A stretch of 63,360 nt of DNA, counting the filler, from Choristocarpus tenellus KU-1152 (Eukaryota > Protista > Phaeophyceae): the NCBI GenBank assembly GCA_964200185.2. It is 10 parts of 10 records of this genome, joined end to end, with 100 filler letters (N's around TTAATTAATTAA, not from the genome) between each part and the next. Parts side by side here need not be neighbours in the genome. Positions count along the whole stretch, not along the records: positions 1 to 16,699 come from CAXNAD020000790.1; positions 16,800 to 20,928 come from CAXNAD020016068.1; positions 21,029 to 25,201 come from CAXNAD020015849.1; 7 more parts are not named here. One strand, 5' to 3'. Every line of letters starts with the position of its first letter. Within the stretch, counting starts at the first letter, position 1. The notes below the pieces were generated by a model. The model saw nothing but the letters and a program-made list of their open reading frames with translations. It ran no database searches and was not told the origin of the DNA. The translations under genes and the position numbers were made by a program. This document shows positions 12,301 through 25,301 of the stretch, piece after piece.

Positions 12301-13205
12301 GCGGAGCTCCCATGGTTAGATGCCAAGCATGTGGTCTTTGGCAAGGTGAGGGATCTGTTTGAGACAGGGGGTGGTGCCCTGTTTCCTGAGGGAGGCACCT
12401 AAGACTGGGCTGGGGCTATAGTCTATCGTGTCACAAAGAAAAACCATCTCCTTGCCCAGGGATCCTTGACAAGGTGGTCACTTTGTGCTGTGTTCCTTTT
12501 CTGGGGGGTATTTTGTATTCAAATGTTTCTGAGGAGTTTTTTTTTTTTAGAAGCTCGTCCTTAGACCACACTGATGAGATTGTGTTCTTAAGGCCCCAGC
12601 ATGATTACGTTGGAACCTTAAGTAACCAACATTCTCAATGTAAACATGCAGGTCACACCTGGATGATTAAAATATAAAATCTTGTAGACCTCTAAACAAT
12701 AATTCACTGTTTGGAGGATGATTGGATCATTTTTGTGTGGTTGCTCCTGCACCTTTTTTTCACTCACCTTCATCTTTTCGGTTTTTGTTGACCTTACCCA
12801 CTTGTACTATTGATGGTACATGAGTTTACATGCACAACTTCACCGCATCTTTGATGTGAAGCAGAGGTTTACTCTTGTGTATCGTTCCTCCCACACCCCT
12901 CCCCTACCTAACAATTTCATGACACACAGGTCACAGAAGGGATGGAAGTGGTACGCCAAATTGAGGACTGTGGCACAAGCTCAGGAGAACCAACCAAGAG
13001 AGTTCAAATTGCGGATTGTGGGCAGATCCCTGATGACGAGGAAAAACAAGAAGGCTATGAGGGACAAGAAGGGACCACCAATGGGGGAAGTTCTGTGGAT
13101 GCAGGTAGTAAGCGTGTGAGGTTTGATGAGAATCCATCGCCAAAGCAAGAGGAGGGAGGAAACCAGTTGCCTCATAATGGTGAAGGTGGCGATGACACCA
13201 AATGA
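9379..13205 (+). CDS. Cyclophilin-type peptidyl-prolyl isomerase with N-terminal charged/coiled-coil extension and acidic C-tail (7 exons)
   Basis: Exons 9379-9414, 9516-9686, 9825-10010, 10257-10363, 10481-10572, 12263-12345, 12930-13205, all phase-consistent. Motifs [68 protein letters not shown]. Introns 2 and 3 use GC donors. Confidence 0.93.
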
Positions 13206-13460
13206 TGAGTAGGTGCTGAAACATGGCTGGGGTCAAACAAGAGATAAATAGTCAGGAAGCCTAGCTTTTGGACGTCACATCCTTGCTACTGCCATGGGAG
13301 GGACCAATGGAAAATGACTACTAAACGAACCTCAACAAGGAACCTTTGCAGCGACCTTTTGTCTCAGGTCAATGACATGAATCTCAAATATGTGAAGCAT
13401 GTCTCCAATATGTTACGGAGCCCCTACTGTGGCATCTTTTGGTCTTTGTGTTGGGGGATT

Positions 13461-15379
13461 TCACTTTGGGTGCCCCCTGTTCTTTGCTCTGCGGTTTTCT
13501 AGGCGAAAGCGCCGATCCTCACCCAGCACCTTTCGCTTCACAGGACGGCGTGTCTTTTTCACCCCTCTCTTATCTTGGAGTTGGTTGGCCTTCTCCCTCT
13601 TGGCATCTGCCTTTGCCTTGAACTTTTTGTATTCTATTGTCTCAGGGTGGAAGAGGTTCATCTCCGTTTCCTGCTGGAGTTTAGCCGCCTCATTCACCTT
13701 ACCGTACCGCAGTGTGATGGAAGCAAGGTATGTTTCATGCCCAGAGTAGCGTACAAAGACTGGGAACTGAAGACAATGTAACTATAGAGCTCCGTGGCAG
13801 AGTTTGGAAGTTCGAGGTATAATTCAGTTTGCAGCTCATTTACAGTAATTTTATATGTATGTCTGATTTTCATCCCAATTCAGCTTGTTCTGACACTTGT
13901 TTTGGTGATTCATAGAAGTTATTCTCCATGGAAAGTGTGACCAGAGGTCACATTCCATGCAACCTAAATTTCTGTAATTGCCGTTGAAACTGAAGGTATT
14001 TTTGTGTGCACTATGTCTATAGTTAGGTATTCTTGAAATTAATGTGAGGCAACGTGATGGGCCGGGCGACATACGGGAAATGTCAAAGGAAAAACAATTA
14101 AAGAGAGGCAAGAACTTCTACAGTGGAGGACAGAGAGGAAACATATGCAAGGGAGAGCTGTGCATGATAAGTGCTACCAATAATTGGGTTTCCCTAAGCT
14201 TCGAACACACCCTGACCTTCTCGCAATCCTGATCCTGTTGTGGCTCCTCTCTCGGGAACATATTTTCATATTCTTCACGCCCACAAGGCCAAAAGTAGTA
14301 ACGGAGGATACCCATCTTGCGCCTGATGCGCCTTTGCCGCATGATCTCCTTCCTGTTGGCCTCCGCCATGCGTCCCTTCTCCTCTCGCTTCCGATGGGCC
14401 TCTAGTCTATTCTGGAGGAATCGCTTTCTTTTGGACCACCATTTTGCTCCCCAGACTGCCTGCATCATTTTCACCTAGCAACAAGATCAATGGTCTATTT
14501 TGCACCTCTCAAAAGAGTTCTATTTTTAATGGAGAAGGGGATATACTCATTTTCTTACTAATGCTGTCTGAGACTTATATGCCTAAGGTCCTTTGTAGCA
14601 CAGTATGACAAATGAGTAGAGTACCATGGAAGGATAGAGCCGATCCTTGCTCTCCATGCACTGTCTGCTTCAGGTTTCAAAGGACCCTGTTCAAATCACC
14701 CACCTGTAGACGAAAGGCAGGGTAGAAGAGGGACGGGAATGCTTTATGGAAGAGTTCAAATTCCCAGAACTCTATTCTCCCATCACCCTGAATAGGTAGC
14801 ATATCGAATGCCTTCTTCGTGTTTCCGGTTGGTCCCTTGACTGGATCGACGTTGTAGAGCATGTTGACTATCATACGCATCTCGTCCTCCTCCACGTAGC
14901 CGTTCTTTTCTCTATCGACAATGAAAAAACAAAACTGAAGTATAGCTTCCTCCTCAAACAGGCAGTACGTTGTTATCGCGTGTAACCATTCGGAGAAGGT
15001 CAACTCTTGATAGTTTCGAATGCCTGAGGGTTTGGATGGAAAAGTCAGTCACTTTGGCACCGTGAGCGCTATCATGTTCAGGGTTAATGTCCTTGGGCAG
15101 CTCTAGAAGGGTAAAAGTCATCGGAAGGTAGCGGAGAATACCAGATCACATCGCCCACCTACCTATAAGCTCAAATACACTATCTCCAAAGATTGACTTC
15201 CGTTCGCCAATCATGTTGTAGAAAGTGTTCAGAGAGATACAGCCACGGCAAGCAATGTCATGCGATCGGAAGAGTTTAAACGCGACTGCAAGATCGGAGT
15301 TCTTCAGTGCGAGTTGTTCTATGCACTTTATTGTGCGCTGATCTGGTGAGGGAAGTAGCGTCGAAGTCTTGGTCCCCAT
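13461..15379 (-). CDS. EF-hand Ca2+-binding protein (calcineurin-B/NCS-like N-half) with long basic C-terminal tail (4 exons)
   Basis: Exons 15379-15163, 15023-14704, 14474-14217, 13697-13461 with consistent phases. MGTKTS myristoylation consensus; canonical EF loop DREKNGYVEEDE after FCFFIV; degenerate loops DIACRGCISLNTF and QGDGRIEFWEF. Confidence 0.85.
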
Positions 15380-15494
15380 CCCAATTTAAGGACAGGTTTT
15401 GAGAGGAGATAATATTATGCGTTGTGTCGTTACCATCAACAAAAAAATAAAAGTGTTTTTGGATTCTGGGAAGATGCATCAATATATCTATGAT
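15380..15494. promoter_or_regulatory. Putative bidirectional promoter
   Basis: Only 115 bp separate the divergent ATGs of the EF-hand gene (15379, -) and the prenylcysteine oxidase gene (15495, +). Confidence 0.55.
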
Positions 15495-16539
15495 ATGAGG
15501 CTTCACGTTGCCCTACAAGCTGTCACTGGATGGGCTTGGCTTCTCCACAACACTTCCGCTCTTGTTCAGCTTCCTTCTGTCGCAGTGGTGGGTGCCGGTA
15601 TTGGAGGGTCTACTGCATCATTTTTTTTGCGAGAGCACCTTGGGGAAAACGTGAACATCATCGTCTTCGAGGAATCTGAAAAGCCTGGTGGGAGGACAGA
15701 TGTGAGTCTACGAATGACCACATAGCAGTTTTTTACACTAGCTAACCCAATTCCCAGGGTGCTGTCCAAATTGGTGATGGGTTTTGCGAAAATTACACTG
15801 CATCATGTTTGAGCAATTGACAATGGAACTAACTCTTCAGACCAAACTCTCCAGTATGGAACGGAAGACCCATATCACGGAAGCTAAACCAACCCCCCTC
15901 GCTACTCATGCTATGGCAGGACTTTGTTCACAACAATGAAACCTATGAGACAGGCGCTAGTATAATTTACACGGGCAATGCATACCTGTTCAACCTTACC
16001 AATGTGTTGGGACTCAAGAGAATACCTCCAAATCATTCTGAGGGGGCCAATGTGGGTTTTTGGAATGGCGAGCAATTCGAGCTGATAACGAGTGCATGGA
16101 AAGCTAAAACATTGTTCAAGATGGCCTGGCGTTATCGAAGGTGAGTGAGCAGAAGTAAAAGCACCCTGGGGAAGGATACATCCTGATGAGAACAATGTCG
16201 ATGACTTGTTGTAGACCAACGTTGCTGAGCTGCGCTGTCACTATCCTGTCATTCGGCGCAATATGGCCTTTAGTCCTTAATTTAATGGTGATATCACCTA
16301 AGAATATATTGGTGCTTAGTCTGACCGCCGTAGAGATCACCTGTCTCCTCTGGAGATCTTGTCACCCTGCTTATTGTTGGTAGCCTAGTCTTTTCACCTT
16401 TCGAACCCTTTTATGCTATGGTGTGCAAGATCACTGCTCACCATTAGGTCAATGGTTCACACCGCCCTGACAAGATTCGACGCAATTTACTCCCTCCAGG
16501 CAGAGGGAAGATTCTTCAAGAATCCTGAACAACTATGGG
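15495..16539 (+). CDS. Prenylcysteine oxidase / farnesylcysteine lyase-like flavoprotein, 5' part (truncated by contig end)
   Basis: Exons 15495-15701, 15920-16140, 16430-16539. Signal-peptide-like N-terminus, FAD motif VAVVGAGIGG..ASFFL, IVFE....GGR, YETGASII...N, GFWNGEQF, LFKMAWRY, F..IY.LQ. Confidence 0.85.
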
Positions 16540-16699
16540 GTAAGAAGCCTAAACCCATTAACATGTATTTAGAGGGACAATGCTTCAACCGTAGAGACAA
16601 GCAAGTTTAATCATTATTGTAATGCATCTGATATATGAGTAGGTTTATGTATCGACCTCCTTTAGTCCTTTTGCCATACCCCCACCTCCCTCAGCACAT

Positions 16700-16799
16700 N
16701 NNNNNNNNNNNNNNNNNNNNNNNNNNNNNNNNNNNNNNNNNNNTTAATTAATTAANNNNNNNNNNNNNNNNNNNNNNNNNNNNNNNNNNNNNNNNNNNN
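16700..16799. other. Artificial contig linker (first of nine)
   Basis: N44-TTAATTAATTAA-N44 stop-codon linker. Others at 20929-21028, 25202-25301, 34242-34341, 37645-37744, 45573-45672, 49556-49655, 55808-55907 and 60352-60451. Confidence 0.98.
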
Positions 16800-17089
16800 G
16801 ATATGGCCCAAATGGACACCTTGGTGTAGACCCCCCCCCCCCCTAGATACTTGGGGTCTTTGCCCTGTTTGTCCGTTTGAGGCTTGGCTTCCCACGTTTT
16901 TTAAATAATATTTTACCTATTCCGAAACATTTCGGAGTAGGTAAAATGTTTACGTTATGGAAAGGTGTGTCCGAAACAGGTATATTGACAATTCCTAACA
17001 AACATGATAGCCAAAATTACATCAAAATCGCAACATTAAATTTTGGCCCCCAAACGGACGCCGCTCTACCCTCTAAGATACTTTGACTC
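16800..17089 (-). mobile_element. MITE family A (16859-17089) with a family B end (16800-16858) nested in its terminus
   Basis: The B terminus CCCTAGATACTTGGGGTC abuts A-internal TTTGCCCTGTTTGTCC; the A TIR ends TACCCTCTAAGATACTTTGACTC. Confidence 0.85.
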
Positions 17090-20000
17090 AGAAGCTCTAG
17101 GTCGCTTAGCAAAGTTTACACTGTTAGAAGAGGTCTTGATACAATAGTATTATACTTAAGCCACAAAAAACGATAGTGTGGTAGGAAACCTTCCCATGGC
17201 CATCTCTTGCATTTGCCTGAAAACGGCAGTATGTTGCGTGCAGAGAGCAATTACTGAGAATGTGCGTGGTTGTTTCATATTAGACACTTGATGTGGTATT
17301 AGGAAGTGCATAGGTTTTGGTGCACTTATTATTATGACTAAATACGCATGTCATCACAAAAACGACGAATTTCGACATTTTCAACGGTATGTTAAAAAGT
17401 GCAAAAAAATTAGAAAAAAAAGAAATGATCTAAAAACACCCAAACACTTCAGTGCACGCACCAAAGACAAAAAGCGCCTTCAGGAACCACCTATAATTCA
17501 AACTCAGAAACTGCCAATCTGACGGTCTGCATGATGACTTGTTGTGTAATGAAAGCAAACAATTTTGCCATCCATGATGCTAGAACAGTTCATGAGCGAT
17601 CAATCGTGCATTGCACCTGGTCAAGTAACTCACATGTGGAAAATAGGAAATAAGAACAAAAAGAACCACTCAGTAAGTACTTCAAAGTAGTAGTAGAAAC
17701 GTAGTCTGGTCTAATAAAACCATTTTGTCTTCTTATGTGATGATTCTCTGCTCATCAACCACCAAAATTCTGTTGGAAAGAACAAATCTCTTGGCATAAA
17801 AGGAAGCTGCTGCCGAGACCTGAGAGGACTCTATCCAATGTACACAAGGATATCAACAGACCTCGAAGTATAAGTTTGGATGCAGGTATAATATCTTGAT
17901 TAATCCCCCCTCTCCACAAAAAATATGAGCGCATTCTGACTTCAACTACGAGATACCATGGAGCTTGTCGCATTCAATAGTAGCATCACATGGTTACATT
18001 GATCATTCAACCCACCCCCATTATGGATTAGCACAATGCTCAGACAGAAGTTACACAAGAGTAGGCATTTCCGAATAAGCAAAGTCTGGGGTCTTCCCCC
18101 TCCCAGTTCACTCTTTCCGTGCAGCCAAAGCTGCACTGTCTTGTCCATTGTGCGATGCATCCTGTATACCAGACAGGACTTGAGTCAAATACTTTCGGTT
18201 ATAAGCTCTTGGACAGGACTTAAACAACACACCCTTGCTCATCCACCACCAGCTCAGCCCAAGCTATCCCAAAGGGGTTGGTATGAACCTTTACAGCATC
18301 ATAATAATCCCAAAACGGTGGAGGGAGAGGTCAAAACAAGAACAATGGGTCAGATAAACACAAGAAAGTACAAGCAAGAACTAGTAGTTCCAGAATGGAC
18401 CTGCCTCAATCAAGCCCACTCTCATGGACGGGGACATATAGGCATGTACTCATTAGGTTCCCCCTTGGCACCCGTTCACTCACAAACAGCTTGCACTAGT
18501 GCATACATATTTCAAACCACAACAGGTCAACAAACAAAAAATCTCACCTGATTCATTGAATACCCCCTGATAAATTCTCACAATAAAAGGGGGGAGCAAG
18601 ACCACAAACACAAGATTACATACAACACTGTGACTCCTAAGCACCATAGGAAAACTGATACATCAAGCAAGCCCAGTCAGCAAACTCCCAACAGAACCAC
18701 TTCTTTTTTTTTAATGGCACAATGAATAAAAAGTCGCAAACCTTTCCCAATGCCGTACCATACCACCTCACACCCAAAGTCACCTGATAACCATGGTGAG
18801 ACCTCCCAGCTGACCCTACTCCGGAACGATCATCCCTCCACTTTGCAGCAAATGCCACCTCAGTGTATGGGTGCAACTCCCTTTTCCCGTATCATACAAA
18901 TCGGTCGGGCCAAGCAAGGGTTCCCATGTTTTTAGGAAGTGGAACAAAAAAAAGAGGGGGGCTTATTTTGCTGCAGCAGCAGGGTCTCAAGTGAAGACGA
19001 AGGATTTGTCGATAGCTAACCCTAACCCTAATGGAGAGAAAGAGATGAGTTAGTCAATCAGCAGACCTTGCAGTGTGAGCATACATATTGTTGGCGAGAC
19101 GAGCTGTCTCTTCGTCAGATCAAGATTGAAGCACGACAATGACTTCATATTAGTGCCAACCAGTCCGTCAACCCTAACCCCTAACTTATCGAACGCAAGC
19201 AAAGTCTTTCCTCATACCCTCTCAGAAAAAACTCCAACTACATACAGCCAAAACCACTCCAACAAAAGTACAGGGGGGAAAATGGTCCCTCCTTACATCC
19301 TGTAGCACATCTCCCGTAGAAACACCACTGCATACAATATGCTAATATACAGTACATTACATGTACACATTCATGTTGCACATATACCATCCTTGAATAG
19401 GCAACATACTTCATCCTGGAAACTAAACTACTCTAACAATTCACCAACCCTGCATGCACACCTCCTCTGAGGAGTACACATCTCCAACTTTCCTCCCCCC
19501 CCCCCCCCTAAACATGGGTTGTATTTCTTACTTTGTGCTGGTGCCTNNNNNNNNNNCCGTACACGCGGTTTGTCTTCCTAACTTTGTGTGTGTGCCTCTC
19601 CACACAGGCCATAAAGATCTACTCGAGTTTGCATGAAAAACATTATGTATATCGAGAAGATGTGTAGAAAATTATTAAAATTATGTACTGCATTTAGTAT
19701 CGTACATTGTTGTATACTACATCAACGTGGGACAGGAGAATCCCCAATGGTAAGTTCAGAGCGGGGGGGGGGGCATGCCTCACAAAATGATGGCCCTAGC
19801 AACATCCCCAGGCAGTCCATGAAACCCCTTCCACTTTGCCAATTCACCGGCCCCACATCCTCTTGGTACCTTGTTCCAGTCAAAGTCAACAGTATTTCCC
19901 TTCAATTTGGGGACACAATAGTCGAAAGGCACCAGAATTAAAAAAAATACAACACTAGACCACAAGAGGTGCATGATGTGCTTGAATCAAGCGCAATATA

Positions 20001-21028
20001 TGAGTCTCGTGACATACGGATAGATGAGATAGCATTGCTTCAAAGGATTAATCGACAACAAATTGCTAGCTATTCTTGTGCCTTGAATGGTTTGTGCGTT
20101 CATCCGTACTCATTTGTGTCTTTCACGTACAATGCATTGAAACACTGGAGTCCAGCTCAGTCTCATCTTCACAAAAAAGAGAAAAGACCTTGGCAAACAC
20201 AACAGGATACTACTTTCACAGGCAAAACATATTTTACCCAAAACTACATCACATCCCATAGTGAGAGGATGCCACGAAATGGACACCCACTACCAAAGTA
20301 TGCGCAACGCATTCAAGAAAGCATGGGCTACAGTTCAAACAACAAGCAACAAAGCCTCCACTGCTTCTAGTTTAGTACCCGAGCATCATATTATCCAACA
20401 TTGACAGATGGCAATGAAATGTTGGCACCTAGAACCATGCACAGAGACAAGTCTCATAGAGAATATTCCATCCAAAGGGTCAGGAAAAAACAACCTAATA
20501 TTAATAATAATTTAGAAATATAACAAAGAGTCCACAGCACACCACCCTATACTCAAACCTAAACCTAACCCTAACCCTCCCAATTACACAAAGTACCTCA
20601 GAGATAGCATGAAAGGCAAACTACTCAAATGCCTTCAACATCATCTGAGAAAACAACATCATCCAGATCTCTTAACAGATGATAAGCCCACACACAAGCT
20701 CATGCCTCCCTCACCTCATTTGCACGTCCCCACCCCCGTCGATAAAAATCTTCACCACTACACCTATACCCCTCTCCCAGCTCCGGTCCCCACCCCCACC
20801 CCCGACGCTGCCTATGCCCATGCTCCAGCCCCAATTCCATTCCTGGTAACAGCCCGGTACCAGGTCCTTGATGTGAGCCCTTCCTGCCCCTGCTGACCCC
20901 TAGTCCTACATTTCCATTGTGTTTCAAANNNNNNNNNNNNNNNNNNNNNNNNNNNNNNNNNNNNNNNNNNNNTTAATTAATTAANNNNNNNNNNNNNNNN
21001 NNNNNNNNNNNNNNNNNNNNNNNNNNNN

Positions 21029-21232
21029 GCACTTTTGGGGTTTCTGGTGGGTTTTTGGGTCTGGGGGGGGGGGGGTGTCGGCGTCCGTTTTCACCCTTTT
21101 TTCGATTTTCACTTTTTTGGTGTGATTTGGTCGCACGTGTCCGATGTGAAATGTCAGCAAAAAAAGAGTTGTTTGACCGAAACAGACGCCCCCTCACAAA
21201 CACCCCCCTCCCCCCCCTAGATACTTTGACCG
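21029..21232. mobile_element. MITE family B (subfamily B2), partial at contig start
   Basis: Near-identical interior to 45403-45572; ends CCCCTAGATACTTTGACC. Confidence 0.8.
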
Positions 21233-21526
21233 TCCCTTTTGTTACCAATTAATGCCATACCCCTTCACGTACCCTACAACACTCCACAACTATCTCCATG
21301 TAGTTCTAGGTATATCAACTCATAAAACGTCAATGCCTTGTCTTCTCCCCTAAATTTCTCCTGCCATGAAGGGAGTGATTCTGGGCTAATGGAACTCAAT
21401 CATCCAGAAGGGATGTAGTACATTGCAGTTGTCTTTCCAATCTATTCTTTATTCTACACAATAGAAAGATAGATTCTCAAGTAATTCTGTTTCAAAAACC
21501 TTTACCAAAACTGCAAGCACTACAAA

Positions 21527-21662
21527 GGGCCAAAGTAATTGAGAGGTAGACAAGGCTGCATTGACTCAGAGTGTCTGGGGAGGGGGGGGGGGGGCTGACG
21601 CAGGGTGNNNNNNNNNNAAAGAACAAAGGGGAAGAAAGAGGGGGGGGGGAGGGCGGGGTCGG

Positions 21663-21697
<35 letters not shown>

Positions 21698-22074
21698 CTG
21701 ACGCAGGGTGCCAATTCAGGCCCTGACCAGGAGAAGTGAACTTACATTGTCCATCCAACACATGCAACCAAATCACCCAATAATCGCAACATAGAAAAAT
21801 GGACCCCGAATGGACAGCTGCCACCCCCTCCGATACTTTGAGCCATTTCAAGGATCCCGATAAATGGAAAAAAGATGTTGTTTTGCGTAATTGTATAAAG
21901 AGCCTTTGCTGAATTGTGGTGTCACTCTCCATGTGGAAAAAGGGAATACCAGTTTTGCTTACACTATTGTGCACATAAAGCACCAATGAAATATAGTGTA
22001 TTGCACAGGGGAACAGAGGTGGCTTAAAAACAAAAACGAATCCAAACGTGCCTACTTCTTCACTGCTTTGGCTC
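21527..22074 (+). mobile_element. MITE family C with nested family B copy (21563-21844)
   Basis: C TIRs GGGCCAAAGTAATTGAGAGGTAGAC ... CCTACTTCTTCACTGCTTTGGCTC; the nested B copy is flanked by att/att. Confidence 0.75.
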
Positions 22075-22118
22075 AAAACATGGAGAACATGTCATCCCTT
22101 GTAAGTTGTACTCCTCAC

Positions 22119-22199
22119 CTGTTTCCTTGCCACGTAGCCTCGAACAATTCGTTGTATGTTTGCAGCTGAATGGAAGCAACGCTCCTTCGCTATGGAGTA
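22119..22199 (-). CDS. Isolated exon encoding an IQ calmodulin-binding motif
   Basis: 81-nt phase 0-0 exon (ccag|...CAG|gtgagg) encoding YSIAKERCFHSAANIQRIVRGYVARKQ, which matches IQxxxRGxxxR. Confidence 0.75.
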
Positions 22200-22329
22200 C
22201 TGGAGTGGGTAAGTCTACAGTACAAATTCATAGCCAGTTGGCAACGACGGAGGGAGCATCAATGTAAAGTAGTGCTATGTGGGGGTTATTAGACATGAAA
22301 TAATAGCATATAGTTTGATGGCTCTATAG

Positions 22330-23780
22330 ATTAAACATCGTATGCTACCTTGTCACACTCTACCCCAGAAGCATCTGATTTGGCCATTGGAAGGAGCAGA
22401 CCATCACATACTCGTTGACCAAGGATGAGGACATTGTCATCTTCCCTGGACATAACCCTAGTACACAAAGTATACCTGCCATAGGGTAAGACCCCCTGCT
22501 TCAACTGTACTTTGTGTGGCAGATACATGTAAGCCCCCTCCACTACCTGTTGTTTATACCTTCCCTTCATACCCTCAAACCGAGTATCTTGTTTAACCTC
22601 AGTCATATTATGAACAATAAAGTACACAGCCTTCACAACATCAACTCACCAAGCATCGGAACTAATCCCCTGGCCCTAAAAAGCCTTAAGCTCTACATAA
22701 TATTTGGGAGTTGGGGATGTCTGTTATTGGCGTATTGCAGCACAAGGCATGACTCAGACTGTAACAACAGGTATCTTAGCACAAAACCCTCTACAGTGCA
22801 CTATCAAGTGGATTGTGTCATATTCAGTGCACTATCTACGCAAAGTACTGTGCTCCAACTCTTTGGAGTGCTTCTGGTTCTGAGAAAGATGGAAAAGGTT
22901 ACACTTTTGCCCTGTGCACATTCTGGGGACTGACAACACAAAGCAATACCTGTGAGAAAGAAGTAGTAGAATAAGGGCTCCCCTTGTCTCTTAATCATGC
23001 ATGGCGGGAGAGACATATAACTGCGCTTGAAAAGCGATTTTTCCATAAGAATCTTAGGACCTAGAGGTCCAGCCTTTCTAACTCCCCTATCTCCTACTGT
23101 GTCCAAGACCAGCCACGGAACACTCTATCCCTGTTTCTGTTCCTGTGCCCCCACTCCTTTCACCAGACCTGGAAGAGTCTCCACTGTGATTGGATCATTG
23201 TGGCTGCGAGGGAGTGCAGAGCACGCCTCCGCTCCCCCACAATTCTTGAATTTTGTTAATTTGCACAATGAGATGAAGAGGAAGGAGGGAAGAAGGGATG
23301 CAGTACATTTGTTGCCAGGCAGTTTGTTGGGAATCTTCTGAGTAGAACAGGGAAAAAAACTCGGTCTGATATAGTAGTGAATTTGAAAATGATTGAGGGA
23401 GGATGAGGTGTCGATCCACTTTGGGTAGGGGTGATGACGATCTACCTCTACACTTAAGACTCCTAGATTCGAGACAAGATAGTGGAGAGAGGACATAGTA
23501 CACGCATGGTAGGTTGTCGGGCTGATTCACAGAGGTCACGCTTGTTAAAGTAGAAAAAAATGGTGGGCAAGTGGTCCGACACATCACTTCATTCTGTGAT
23601 TCAAAAGCTTTTTCAACCCACATGTGCTTACTTGATGTGTACGGCATGTTCAAAAACCCTTCTGGGAAAATATCAACCAATCGCCAACCCTCCCCACTCC
23701 TCGTACACGGAATAATTGCATGCACCCTTTGTAGCACCTTCTTGATAGGTCTCCAAAATGTATCAAACACAAAGTCGACC
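22330..23780 (-). mobile_element. Possible decayed non-LTR retrotransposon 3' region
   Basis: Overlapping broken ORFs with a Cys cluster (CQSPECAQG) and an ARGLVP motif like RLE C-termini; weak. Confidence 0.25.
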
Positions 23781-24221
23781 AAAATTGAGCGGTAAAATTA
23801 TTGGGGCAATATACTTAGCTGTTGTGGCAAAAGAATATACTTATCTAACTATTTTTCTACCATCTACAACCACTATACCTCCAGAAAAGACAAGGAGTCA
23901 TAATGATTGCCGTACTGCACTAAGAAAAAAAATAAATTAAGACCTGATTATTGTCCTGCTGTCATCACAATACAAACGATACATATGCTATGCTCCCCAC
24001 GATCCTCCTCTTTTGAGCTTCAAGATGTCGTAAAATGGACCCTAACACCTCTTTTAATACCCAGAACTGTGAAAGTCAGATGAACCTCTGACAAAATGGT
24101 TCGCCCAGTGCCTCCTCCCAACCAAGCTGTTGCAATATTTCGTGCACCGTGACTCTACCAGTGTGGGAAAAATTCTAAAATCTATGGCAACCGTTTCTGG
24201 TACTGTTGTGTCCTGAACAAA

Positions 24222-24480
24222 GAGTGAAAATATCTTAGAGGGTACGATTTTTGCCCTGTTTGTCCATTTGGGGCTTGACTTCTCGCGGGTTTTCAATGAC
24301 ATTTTACCTACTCCAAAAAGTTTCAGGGTAGGTAAAATGTATACATTATGAAAAGGAGTGTCCAGAACAAGGATATTGACATCTCCTAACCAATATGATA
24401 GCCAAAATCACATCAAAATTGCAACACTGGATTTTTACCCCCAAATGGACGCAGCTCTACCCTCTAAGATACTTTGACTC
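24222..24480 (-). mobile_element. MITE family A, full length
   Basis: TIRs intact; perfect 4-bp TSD caaa/caaa. Confidence 0.92.
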
Positions 24481-24813
24481 CAAACATCATGCGCATCCTG
24501 TTTCATACTGTAATGTGCATTAGGAGGTCTTTTTCACTGTTGTATACTTCAAAGTAATATATATATACATACCATACAGCACAACAATATGCCATACCAG
24601 ACCATAGAACCCTCCCAAGAAGTCCTTTCCATCGTGATGTTTCGCTGTAATATTCAACAACACCATGCCTTCCACGAGCAATTGAAATCATAATTTCCCA
24701 TATAACGACCAAATTTTGGACAGAATGCTGCTACATACCATTCCCTATATATGTGTGTGTGTGTATTTGTACAAAACTTAGCTTGATATCACAGCCACAG
24801 TTGGATTATTTTT

Positions 24814-25075
24814 TATTGGAAGTATCTTAGAGGGTACGATTTTTGCCCTGTTTATCCATTTGGTGCTTGGTTTCCCATGCTTTTTTTATGGCATTTCCCT
24901 ACTCCAAAATGTTTGTGAGTAGGTAAAATGTATACGTTATGAAAAAGTGTGTCCAAAACAAGGATACTGACATTTCCTATCAGACACGATAGATGGCCAA
25001 AAGGACATCAACATCACAGCATTGGATTTTGGCCCCCAAATGGACGGGGTCCTACCCTCTAAGATACTTTGGCTC
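24814..25075 (-). mobile_element. MITE family A, full length
   Basis: Family A body with one decayed TIR; followed by a family B start at 25101 that runs into the linker. Confidence 0.88.
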
Positions 25076-25301
25076 TTTACAATAACTGGACATGGAGAAA
25101 GACCCAAAGTATCTGGGGGGGGGGGGGGGGGTCCACCCCGGGGGCCCCTTTGGCCCAAAAAGGGGAAAAGGGGCTTTTATTTTCCCCCCCAATTTTTGGA
25201 ANNNNNNNNNNNNNNNNNNNNNNNNNNNNNNNNNNNNNNNNNNNNTTAATTAATTAANNNNNNNNNNNNNNNNNNNNNNNNNNNNNNNNNNNNNNNNNNN
25301 N

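Noticed and set aside
16744-16755. Recurrent TTAATTAATTAA motif and ORFs ending in X...LIN
   Set aside because: Artificial stop-codon linker inside N gaps; not biological.
16800-20928. Candidate exons/ORFs in contig 2, including a continuation of the prenylcysteine oxidase
   Set aside because: No recognisable motifs or consistent exon chain, and the contig is not demonstrably adjacent.
21580-21700. Long poly-G runs as G-quadruplex elements
   Set aside because: They are family B MITE termini next to assembly gaps, so run lengths are unreliable.
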